Source of the DNA: an uncultured Steroidobacteraceae bacterium
Lineage (GTDB): Bacteria > Chloroflexota > Limnocylindria > QHBO01
Direction of reading: 5' to 3'
Assembly (NCBI GenBank): GCA_964449915.1
Contig: CAYVCE010000090.1
Coordinates: 1-45,111 of the forward strand
DNA length: 45,111 bases
Program-made: the position numbers and the translations under genes
Notes under the pieces: model-generated
Databases searched by the model: none
Told to the model about the DNA's origin: nothing
The model's input: only the letters and a program-made list of their open reading frames with translations
Part shown: positions 1 through 7,919 of the stretch, one piece after another
Layout: every line of letters begins with the position of its first letter
Position numbering within the stretch: the stretch's first letter is position 1

Positions 1-1230
1 ATCGGTGATCTCGGCCGCGCGAACGGCCGCTTCCCAGACACCGGTATGGCCGACCATGTCGGGGTTCGCGTAGTTGGCGACGATGAAGTCGTAGCTGCCT
101 GAGCCGATGCCGGCCACGAGCGCATCGGTGACGGGCAGGGCGCTCATCTCAAGGGCGAGGTCGTAGGTCGCCACCTCCCGGTTCGAGGGCACCAGGATCC
201 GTTCCTCGCCGGGGAACGGCGGCTCGACGCCACCGTTGAAGAAGTAGGTGACGTGGGCGTACTTCTCGGTCTCGGCGACGTGGAGCTGGCGCTTCCCGAG
301 GCGCGAGAGGTGCGCCGCCAGCGAGTCGATCTCGACCGGGCCGAAAGCCACGCTCACCGGCAGCTCGGCGGGCGCCTGGTACTCGGTCAGGGTCGCGACG
401 TGGAGGTCGGGCGGGTTCTCGCCGAAGCGGTCGAGCGCCAGCACCTGGGTGAGCTGTCGGGCGCGATCGGCGCGGAAGTTGAGGTGAACGACGACGTCGC
501 CATCTCCCACGCCGGTGTACCCGTCGACAACGGTGGGCCGGATGAACTCGTCGTTCTCACCGCGCTCATGCGCAGCCCTGACCGCGGACAACGCATCGGG
601 CGCAAGCTCCCCCACCGCGTGGACGATCGCGTCGTACGCCTGGCGCGTCCGCTCCCATCGCCCGTCGCGGTCCATGGCGTAGTAGCGACCGCTGACGGTT
701 GCCGGCGTGACGCGTCCGTCGATGCGCGCCATGAGGTCGGGCATGAAGCCGATGGCCGAGCGCGGCGGCGTGTCGCGACCATCGGTGAAGGCGTGGAGGA
801 ACACGTGGTCGGCCCCCAGCCCTTCGGCCGCGGCAAGGTCGACGGTCGCGACGATGTGCTCGTCGATGGCATGGACGCCGCCCGGGCCGATGAGTCCCAT
901 GAGGTGCAGCCGGCTGCCACGCTCGACGGCGAGGCGGCAGGCAGCGACCAGCGCCGGGGTGCTGCGGAAGCTGCCGTCGGCGATGGCCGCCGTGATGCGC
1001 GGCAGGTCCTGGAGGACGCGGAAGCCGGCGCCCAGGTTGAGGTGCCCGACCTCGCTGTTGCCCATCTGGCCGGGCGGCAGGCCGACGGCCTCACCGGAAG
1101 CCTCGAGCCGGGCAGTCGGCCACTCACGCATCAGGCGTTCCCAGGTCGGCATGCGCGCGGCCATGAGCGCGTTGCGCTCGGGGTCGTGCCCGATGCCGAA
1201 GCCGTCGAGCACGACGAGCGTCAGCGTCAC
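1..1230 (-). CDS. gpmI: 2,3-bisphosphoglycerate-independent phosphoglycerate mutase (partial; C-terminus lies beyond position 1)
   Basis: Absent from the ORF track because it runs off the window. My reverse translation from the GTG at 1230 gives VTLTLVVLDGFGIGHDPERNALMAARMPTWERL...GLPPGQMGNSEVGHLNLGAG...LHLMGLIGPGGVHA...FTDGRDTPP...ANYANPDMVGHTG, which are typical iPGM motifs. Its GTG overlaps the tpiA stop (GTGA at 1227-1230). The frame ends exactly at position 1. Confidence 0.85.
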   Translation of the reverse strand, partial: MTLTLVVLDGFGIGHDPERNALMAARMPTWERLMREWPTARLEASGEAVGLPPGQMGNSEVGHLNLGAGFRVLQDLPRITAAIADGSFRSTPALVAACRLAVERGSRLHLMGLIGPGGVHAIDEHIVATVDLAAAEGLGADHVFLHAFTDGRDTPPRSAIGFMPDLMARIDGRVTPATVSGRYYAMDRDGRWERTRQAYDAIVHAVGELAPDALSAVRAAHERGENDEFIRPTVVDGYTGVGDGDVVVHLNFRADRARQLTQVLALDRFGENPPDLHVATLTEYQAPAELPVSVAFGPVEIDSLAAHLSRLGKRQLHVAETEKYAHVTYFFNGGVEPPFPGEERILVPSNREVATYDLALEMSALPVTDALVAGIGSGSYDFIVANYANPDMVGHTGVWEAAVRAAEITD

Positions 1231-1982
1231 GCGCCGGCCGCCGCGCGCAGGATCTCGCCGAAGACGTCGGGCTTGAGGGACGCGCCGCCGACGAGGGCGC
1301 CATCGATGTCGGGTTGGGCGAACAGTTCGGCGGCGTTCTCGGCGGTCACGCTGCCGCCGTACTGAATCGGGATCTCGTCGGCCGCGTCTGGATCTGTCTC
1401 GCGCAGGATGGCGCGGATCTGGGCGCACACCTCCTGGGCGTCCTCGGCCGACGCCGCGTCGCCGGTGCCGATCGCCCACACCGGCTCGTAGGCGATCACG
1501 AGGCCCGTCCCGAGCAGCCGGTCGAGTCGGCCGATGGCGGCCCGCAGCTGGCGATCGATGACCGACGCGGTCGCGCCGGAACGACGCTCGTCGGCACGCT
1601 CGCCGATGGCCGCGATCGGGCGCAGGCCGTGGGCGACCGCGCTGGCGACCTTGCGGCCGACGGCCTCATCGGTCTCGCCGTCGTACTGGCGTCGCTCGGA
1701 GTGGCCGAGGATGACGAAATCGGCACGTCCGGCCAGCATGAGCGGGCTGGTCTCGCCGGTGAAGGCGCCGCGCTCCTCGAAGTGCATCGTCTGGGCGCCG
1801 ACCGCCACGGGCGTGCCTGCCAACGTCGAGGCTACCGCCTCGAGCCAGATGGCCGGCGGGCACACGACGGTGACGACGGACGGCACCGTCGCGGCCGCGA
1901 CGGCCCGTGCCAGCGCAACCGCCTCGTCCCGCGTCGGCGGGTTCATCTTCCAGTTCCCGGCCACGACCGGCACGCGCGTCAT
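1227..1982 (-). CDS. tpiA: triosephosphate isomerase
   Basis: Internal ATG at 1982 of ORF 1227..2558(-): MTRVPVVAGNWKMN...VILGHSERR...IAYEPVWAIGTG...IQYGGSV. The upstream 190 aa of the ORF is Arg/Pro-rich shadow overlapping whiA. Confidence 0.95.
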   Translation of the reverse strand: MTRVPVVAGNWKMNPPTRDEAVALARAVAAATVPSVVTVVCPPAIWLEAVASTLAGTPVAVGAQTMHFEERGAFTGETSPLMLAGRADFVILGHSERRQYDGETDEAVGRKVASAVAHGLRPIAAIGERADERRSGATASVIDRQLRAAIGRLDRLLGTGLVIAYEPVWAIGTGDAASAEDAQEVCAQIRAILRETDPDAADEIPIQYGGSVTAENAAELFAQPDIDGALVGGASLKPDVFGEILRAAAGA

Positions 1983-2830
1983 CGATGCTCCTCCTCGGTC
2001 AGCTGGATGAGCCGCCGCAGACGATGGTTGACCGCCGATCGGCTGACGCCGAGGGCTGAGGCAAGCGTATCGAGATCGGCGTCGGGCATGCGGCGCCTCG
2101 TCGCAGCCGTCTCGCGCAGCGACGGGGCCAGCCGGGCGAGCGTGCCGTCGCGCTCGAGGCGGTCGATCGCGCCGAGCTGGCGATCGGCGGCGCGGACGGT
2201 GCGTCCGAGGTTCGCTTCCTCGGCGTTGAGCAGCCGGTTGAGCCGCGACCGGACGTCGGCCCCCACGCGCTGGGTCTCGAGCTCCAGTACGCCGCGATTG
2301 GCACCCATCAGGCCGAGCAGCGAGACGATCTCGTCCTGGCCCTTCAGGTACACCACGTGGTGGCCGCGACGCACCGCGATCCCGGCACGCACGCCTATGT
2401 CCACGAGCAGCTCGCCGAGGATCGTCGCCGCCGCTTCGGTGCGCAGGACGAACTCGACGTGCGGGCCCGACGTGGTGAACGAGATCGATCCGGAGCCGAG
2501 CAGCGCGCCACGCAGGAACGAGCGCCGATCGCAGGCGGGTGCGTCGTGCCAGTGCCATGGACCGAGGGCGTCGCGGTCGACACGCACGCCGAGGTGATGA
2601 CGGGCCCCGGCGCGGCGGCCGCGCTCGACGGTCACCGGCCGCGGCGGCTCGACCTCGATCTCGAGCGAGGTGGCGAGGTGAACGGCGGTGCGGGCCGTGG
2701 CGTGGTCGAGGGTCCGGAGCCGGTCGCCGCCGCTGCCGTGGAGGAGTCCGATGAGCTCGGCGCGGCGGCAGCAGGCCCGCGCCGGCTGGATGCGGGCGAG
2801 CTCGCCCTTGATCTCGCCCGCGAGGAGCAC
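1979..2830 (-). CDS. whiA: DNA-binding sporulation/cell-division regulator WhiA
   Basis: ORF 1979..2830(-), GTG start. N-terminus LLAGEIKGELARIQPARACCRRAELIGLL; C-terminal HTH LASALGVSRSAVNHRLRRL. Conserved position after rapZ-yvcK. ATGA overlap with the tpiA start. Confidence 0.9.
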   Translation of the reverse strand: MLLAGEIKGELARIQPARACCRRAELIGLLHGSGGDRLRTLDHATARTAVHLATSLEIEVEPPRPVTVERGRRAGARHHLGVRVDRDALGPWHWHDAPACDRRSFLRGALLGSGSISFTTSGPHVEFVLRTEAAATILGELLVDIGVRAGIAVRRGHHVVYLKGQDEIVSLLGLMGANRGVLELETQRVGADVRSRLNRLLNAEEANLGRTVRAADRQLGAIDRLERDGTLARLAPSLRETAATRRRMPDADLDTLASALGVSRSAVNHRLRRLIQLTEEEHR

Positions 2831-2838
2831 GGAGCCGC

Positions 2839-4161
2839 TCAGGAAGCGCTCGCAGCCTGCCGCCGGACCCGCCGGTGGCGCGGACGCTCGACCCGGTCCT
2901 CCTGCAGGAGCCGCATGAGCGCTGTCGCGAGCTTGGCTGGATCGTGACGGTGGGCGTTCGTCGGGTCGATGACGTCCTCCTCGACGATCACCACCGGCAG
3001 CTGCTCGAGGTCACGGACGTCCACCTCGACCGGCCGGGCGCGCCATCCCTCGGGCGGCCGCGCCGACCGGCCGCGGTTGACGACGACGCAGTCGATGATG
3101 TCGTCGCCCACGTGGTCGAACAGCGCGCGCAGGTGCTGCGAGGCCGTCATGTCGGGCGTCTCGCCCACCTGGGTGGCGACGTTGCAGACATAGACCCGCA
3201 GGCCCGGCGCGGCCGCGAGCGCATCGCGCACGTCCGAGATGAGCAGGTTGGGCAGCACGCTGCTGAACAGGCTGCCCGGGCCGATGACGATCATGTCGGC
3301 CTCGAGGATCCGCTCGAGCGCCTCGGGGTTGGCGCGCACGTCGTCCGGCTCGATATAGACGCGCTCGATCGGCTCATCGGCGCCCATGATCCCGACCTGC
3401 CCGTACAGGTGCCGGCCCGAGGCGAGCCGGGCCGACAGGTTGAGTGGCACGCTCGTGGCCGGCAGGACCTGGCCGCGCACCGCCAGGACGCGGTTCGACT
3501 CGCGGACCGCCTCCTCGAAGTCGCCGGTGACCGCCGTCATGGCCGCGATGAACAGGTTGCCGAAGGCGTGGTCGTCGAGGCCGGATCCAATCGGGAAGCG
3601 GTATTGCATCAGCTGGGTCATGAGCGGCTCCGCGTCGGCGAGGGCGGCAATGCAGTTGCGGATGTCACCGGGCGGCACGATCCCGAGCTGCTGGCGCAGC
3701 CTTCCGCTGCTGCCCCCGTCATCGGCGACCGCCACCACTGCGGTGATGTTGGCGCTGTAGCCCTTCAGACCGCGGAGAAGGGTCGAGAGCCCGGTGCCGC
3801 CGCCCATCGCCACGATGCGCGGGCCCCGCGCCAGGTAGCGCTTCGTGTAGAGCACCTCCATGACGCTGTCGCCGCGCGCCACGAACGGCGAGATCACCGA
3901 CCGCATCAGGCCCCACATGCCGATGCCGGTCAACAGCAGCCCGAGCGCGGCGACCAGCGCGGCACGGATCTCCGGCTCCAGCCACGCGCCGGTCACCCAG
4001 TACACGGTCGGGATCTCGTCGGCCGCGTTCTGGCGGTAAAGGTCGCGGATGAAGATCGCCGCACCCAGGCCCAGAATCGCGATGCCCACGAACAGGAGCA
4101 GCAGCCAGCGCTTGAGGTGCATGCCGGGGTAGAGCCAGCGCGGGATGCGCGGTCCCTTCAC
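2839..4161 (-). CDS. yvcK: YvcK/CuvA-family gluconeogenesis/cell-shape factor (CofD-like) with an N-terminal membrane extension
   Basis: RIVAMGGGTGLSTLLRGLK, VAVADDGGSSGRLR and IGPGSLFSSVLPNLL. I place the start at the GTG at 4161, which overlaps the rapZ stop (GTGA). An alternative ATG lies at 4122. Two hydrophobic helices precede the CofD-like core. Confidence 0.88.
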   Translation of the reverse strand: MKGPRIPRWLYPGMHLKRWLLLLFVGIAILGLGAAIFIRDLYRQNAADEIPTVYWVTGAWLEPEIRAALVAALGLLLTGIGMWGLMRSVISPFVARGDSVMEVLYTKRYLARGPRIVAMGGGTGLSTLLRGLKGYSANITAVVAVADDGGSSGRLRQQLGIVPPGDIRNCIAALADAEPLMTQLMQYRFPIGSGLDDHAFGNLFIAAMTAVTGDFEEAVRESNRVLAVRGQVLPATSVPLNLSARLASGRHLYGQVGIMGADEPIERVYIEPDDVRANPEALERILEADMIVIGPGSLFSSVLPNLLISDVRDALAAAPGLRVYVCNVATQVGETPDMTASQHLRALFDHVGDDIIDCVVVNRGRSARPPEGWRARPVEVDVRDLEQLPVVIVEEDVIDPTNAHRHDPAKLATALMRLLQEDRVERPRHRRVRRQAASAS

Positions 4162-5084
4162 CGCTCCAGCTCCCGGTGGAAGACGGCGACCGATGCCTTC
4201 GGCACCTTCGACAGGCGTGCGGCGAGCGCTTCCGCCAGTGCAATCGAGCGGTGGACGCCGCCGGTACAGCCGAGCGCGACGCACAGCCGCTCCTTGCCCT
4301 CGGCGCGGTATGCCGGCGCAGTGAGCTCGAGGAGCTCGGCAACCAGGTCGAGGAATCGCGTGGCGACCGGCTGGCCGAGCACGAAGTCGCGCACCGGCTC
4401 GTCGAGACCGGAGAGCGGCTTGAGCGTCGGGTTCCAGTAGGGATTGGTCAGGAATCGCACGTCGAACACGAGGTCGGCCTCGAGCGGAATGCCGTACTTG
4501 AACCCGAATGTGACGATGTCGATGCGCAGATCGTCACCGGCCGCCTGCCGAGGGATGACGGCCAGCAGCCGATCCTTGAGCTGGCCGATGGAGAGGCCCG
4601 TCGTGTCGATACAGTGATCCGCCAGCTCCCGCGTGTCTGCCAGTCGCTTCCGCTCCTCCGCGATGCTGGCCTGCACGCTACTGCGCGTCGCCTGCAGCGG
4701 GTGGCGGTGGCGAGTCTCGCTGAATCGGCTGATGAGGCTCGCGTCGCTGGCCTCCAGGTAGATGAGCTCCAGCCGCGTGCCGTCCGCCTCCAGCCTCTCC
4801 GTCGCCCGCTGGATGGCCGGGGCAGGATCGCCGGCCCGGATGTCGAGCACGAGCGCGGACCGCCGGTAGCGTTCCGGGTCTTCGCGACGCAGCGTCAGGA
4901 AGTCGTCGAGCAGTGCCGGCGGCAGGTTGTCGACGCACGAGTAGCCGAGGTCCTCGAACAGCTTGCTTGCCTGGCTCTTGCCGGCGCCGGACAGGCCGCT
5001 GATCACCACGAAGTGCTCGATCGCCGCCTCCGGGCCCGCGGATCGAGAGGCGTCGTCCTCGTGGATCGCCGCGCTGCGCGCCAT
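4158..5084 (-). CDS. rapZ: RNase adapter / nucleotide-binding protein RapZ (YvcJ)
   Basis: ATG at 5084 is preceded by GGAGGG. FVVISGLSGAGKSQASKLFEDLGYSCVDNLP (Walker A) and ALGCTGGVHRSIALAE. The longer ORF start at 5288 lies inside the HDAC gene. Confidence 0.92.
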   Translation of the reverse strand: MARSAAIHEDDASRSAGPEAAIEHFVVISGLSGAGKSQASKLFEDLGYSCVDNLPPALLDDFLTLRREDPERYRRSALVLDIRAGDPAPAIQRATERLEADGTRLELIYLEASDASLISRFSETRHRHPLQATRSSVQASIAEERKRLADTRELADHCIDTTGLSIGQLKDRLLAVIPRQAAGDDLRIDIVTFGFKYGIPLEADLVFDVRFLTNPYWNPTLKPLSGLDEPVRDFVLGQPVATRFLDLVAELLELTAPAYRAEGKERLCVALGCTGGVHRSIALAEALAARLSKVPKASVAVFHRELER

Positions 5085-5124
5085 GGTCCCTCCGTGCTCG
5101 AACGGGCACGAGTATAGAGCGGCG

Positions 5125-6081
5125 TCACTCGGCGCCGGAAGCGCCTCGGCGGCCGTCGCGGATGCCCCGCACGGTCGCCGCAGCCGATGCGCGGAGCGCG
5201 TCGAGGTCGTACCCGCCCTCCAGCGTGAGCGCCACGCCGGACAGCCCGAGCCGAGCGCTGAGCGCCCCGAGGAGGAGGGCAACCTCACCGAAGCCCGCCT
5301 CGGTCACCCGCAGGTTGGCCAGCGGGTCTGCCGCGTGCGCGTCGAAGCCGGCCGACACTAGGATCGCATCGGGCCCGAAGTCCTCGATGGCGGGCAGCAG
5401 ATCTTCGCGCCAGGCGTCGACGAACGCCTCGTCCCCGGCGCCGGATGGCAGCGGTCGGTTGTGCACGGTACCCTCCGCCGGCGGAGCACCGCGTTCGGCG
5501 CGCTCTCCGGTGCCCGGAAACAGCGGCGACTCATGGGTAGACGCATAGCAGACGTCACGATCGGCGTCGAAGATGGCCTGCGTGCCATCGCCGTGATGCA
5601 CGTCCCAGTCCATGATCGCGATCCGGCGCGCGAGGCCGCGACGCCGGAGCCCGGCAGCGGCGACCGCGATGTTGTTCAGCAGGCAGAACCCCGAGCCTCG
5701 AGCGTGCGCGGCGTGGTGCCCTGGGGGACGCACCACCGCGAACGCCACCGCCGCCTCGCCCGTCTGCACGGCCAGCGCGGCCTGCAGGGTGGCACCCGCG
5801 GCCAGCCGGGCGGCGCGCATCGATCCCGACAGCAGGTACGTGTCGGGATCCAGCCAGCCGCCGCCGCGACCCTCCATGCCACCCAGTTCGCTGAGGTAGC
5901 GCGTGTCGTGGACCTCGACCAGCGACGGGTGGTCAATCTCCTGGACCGCCGGCTCGACGAGGTCGTCGCCGGCAGCATCGCGGACGCCGGCTGCCACCGC
6001 CAGGCGACGCTCGGGCCGCTCGGGATGCCCGGCGGCCTGGTGCGCATCCATGGCCGCATCGGTCAGGAGCCAGACGCTCAC
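5125..6081 (-). CDS. histone deacetylase / acetoin-utilisation (AcuC) family deacetylase
   Basis: VVRPPGHHA, IMDWDVHHGDGTQ and TLEGGY. The GTG at 6081 overlaps the tatC stop (GTGA); an alternative ATG lies at 6051. The upstream part of ORF 5125..6525 is shadow over tatC. Confidence 0.85.
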   Translation of the reverse strand: MSVWLLTDAAMDAHQAAGHPERPERRLAVAAGVRDAAGDDLVEPAVQEIDHPSLVEVHDTRYLSELGGMEGRGGGWLDPDTYLLSGSMRAARLAAGATLQAALAVQTGEAAVAFAVVRPPGHHAAHARGSGFCLLNNIAVAAAGLRRRGLARRIAIMDWDVHHGDGTQAIFDADRDVCYASTHESPLFPGTGERAERGAPPAEGTVHNRPLPSGAGDEAFVDAWREDLLPAIEDFGPDAILVSAGFDAHAADPLANLRVTEAGFGEVALLLGALSARLGLSGVALTLEGGYDLDALRASAAATVRGIRDGRRGASGAE

Positions 6082-6770
6082 GGGCGGACGGCCCGGATGA
6101 GCTGCAGCGTTCCCTCGAACAGCGCGTACATCACCAGCGACAGGACGGCCGAGCTCGTCGGGTCGCCACCCGGCGTGGCGACGATGGCGAACAGCACGAT
6201 GCCGAGGATCGCCCACCGCCGGCGTGCGGACAGGAACCGGTAGTTGAGGATGCCGACCCGGGCTCCCATCAGGAGCAGCACGGGGAACTGGAAGGCAAGC
6301 CCGAAGGCCAGCATGATCGCCATCACGAAGCCCACGTAGTCGGAGAGCCGCAGCATCGAGGCGTCGATGCCGGCAGGCGTGAGGGACAGCAGGAACTGGA
6401 GCGCGTACGGGATGATGACGTAGCCGAGCACGATCCCGAAAGCGAACAGCAGGATGGCGCCGATGAGCAGCGGCCACACGAGGCGGCGCTCGCGCTTCGT
6501 GAGCCCCGGCGTGACGAAGCGCCACAGCTCGTACACGATGACCGGCACCGACAGGGCGATCCCCACGTACAGCGCGATCTTCAGGCGCACCGACAGCGCC
6601 TCGCCGATGGTGAGCTGGATGAGCTGGTAGTCGCCCTCCGGGAGCGGCAGCTGGAGCAGCTCGAGGATCGGCTCGGAAAGGAAGAAGCCCAGGATTCCTG
6701 CGATCACGATCGAGATCGCGATGACGATGATGCGGCTACGGAGCTCGTCGAGGTGCTCGATGAGGCTCAT
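6078..6770 (-). CDS. tatC: Sec-independent (Tat) translocase subunit TatC
   Basis: MSLIEHLDELRSRIIV... followed by six hydrophobic segments. ATG at 6770 is preceded by GAGG. The ORF can extend to a GTG at 6806. Confidence 0.88.
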   Translation of the reverse strand: MSLIEHLDELRSRIIVIAISIVIAGILGFFLSEPILELLQLPLPEGDYQLIQLTIGEALSVRLKIALYVGIALSVPVIVYELWRFVTPGLTKRERRLVWPLLIGAILLFAFGIVLGYVIIPYALQFLLSLTPAGIDASMLRLSDYVGFVMAIMLAFGLAFQFPVLLLMGARVGILNYRFLSARRRWAILGIVLFAIVATPGGDPTSSAVLSLVMYALFEGTLQLIRAVRP

Positions 6771-6848
6771 GGTGGCCTCGTCGGGGGGGCTCGCCTCAGG
6801 CGTCACGATCGGCGCCGCCGGTCAGGTGGCGTGACGGCCGTCGGACCC

Positions 6849-7061
6849 TCAGTGCTTCGGGGTCTCGCCGGCGGGCTTTTCGTCGCTTGTCGTCCGGTTC
6901 GCATCGCCGCGGACGGACTCCTCGAGCTCGTTCGAGGCCTTGCGGAACTCACGGATGCCCTTGCCCACCGCGCTGCCGATGTCGGGCAGCTTGCCGGGGC
7001 CGAAGATGATCAGAACGATCACGAGGAGCAGGATGAGCTCCATCGGTCCGGGAATCGGCAT
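6849..7061 (-). CDS. tatA: Tat translocase subunit TatA/E
   Basis: 70 aa: [42 protein letters not shown]. This is the canonical TatA TM helix, FGP hinge and amphipathic helix. GGAGG lies upstream. Confidence 0.88.
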   Translation of the reverse strand: MPIPGPMELILLLVIVLIIFGPGKLPDIGSAVGKGIREFRKASNELEESVRGDANRTTSDEKPAGETPKH

Positions 7062-7067
7062 CTCGTC

Positions 7068-7919
7068 TCACGCCTCCGTGAAGGGCCGCCGAGCGGCGCT
7101 GGCCGTCGAGTGTAGCACCGCCTCTCGCATCCGGCTGTGCAGCGACTCCGCCGCCGCTGCCGCCGCCACGCGCCAATCCGCGCCGCGCGATGCCGAGGCG
7201 ATGCCCCGCGACACGGCAACGAGCCCCGGTGCCCACTCTCCGTGGCAGGCGGCCATCGAGGCCGCGAGGTCACCGCCCTGGGCCCCGACCCCGGGCACCA
7301 GGAATCCAGGCCCCGGAAGCACATCGCGCAGGCGTGCAAGCTCCTGCGGCGCGGTTGCCCCCACCACCAGCCCGACGCGTCCGCCCGGCCACTGCTCGGC
7401 GACCCAGCGCGCCACGCGCTCGTGCAGGGGCCGGCCGTCCACGAGCAGGTCCTGCAGGCGCCCGGCCGACGGGTTGGTGGTGCGCGCCAGCACGTACACC
7501 AGCCGCCCCGGGTGGGCGAGGAAGGGTTCGATGGCGTCTTCGCCCAGGTAGGGCGACACGGTGACGGCATCGGCGTCGAGGTGGCCGAAGATGCCCTCCG
7601 CGTAGCGCTCGGCGGTGGTGCCGATGTCGCCGCGCTTGGCGTCGAGGATGCAGAGCACGTCGGCCGGGACGTCGCGCCGCACGCGCTCGAGCGCGGCCCA
7701 GCCGGCCGAGCCCAGCGCCTCGAAGAACGCGACGTTGATCTTGACGGCGGCAGCCTCTCCCACCGCCGCCTCGATGATGCCCCGCGCGAAGGCCTCGATC
7801 CCGAGCACGCCCCCGGGCAGCTCGTCGGGCAGGTCGTCGGGGTGCGGATCGATCCCGAGGCACAGGGGGGCGCCCAGCGCCTCGACCCGCGCGCGCAGCC
7901 GCTCGAGCGCTTCCGTCAT
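7068..7919 (-). CDS. pyrF: orotidine-5'-phosphate decarboxylase (type 2)
   Basis: Internal ATG at 7919 of ORF 7068..8615(-): MTEALERLRARV...LCLGIDPH...ILDAKRGDIGTT...VTVSPYLG. ATGA overlap with the recJ stop. Confidence 0.9.
   Translation of the reverse strand: MTEALERLRARVEALGAPLCLGIDPHPDDLPDELPGGVLGIEAFARGIIEAAVGEAAAVKINVAFFEALGSAGWAALERVRRDVPADVLCILDAKRGDIGTTAERYAEGIFGHLDADAVTVSPYLGEDAIEPFLAHPGRLVYVLARTTNPSAGRLQDLLVDGRPLHERVARWVAEQWPGGRVGLVVGATAPQELARLRDVLPGPGFLVPGVGAQGGDLAASMAACHGEWAPGLVAVSRGIASASRGADWRVAAAAAAESLHSRMREAVLHSTASAARRPFTEA

Noticed and set aside
253-1365. 370-aa + strand ORF, plus 387..1127(-) and 707..1276(+), over the first 1.3 kb
   Set aside because: Their composition is Arg/Ala/Gly/Pro-rich nonsense. 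A third frame on the minus strand gives a clean iPGM sequence, so these are GC-driven shadow ORFs.
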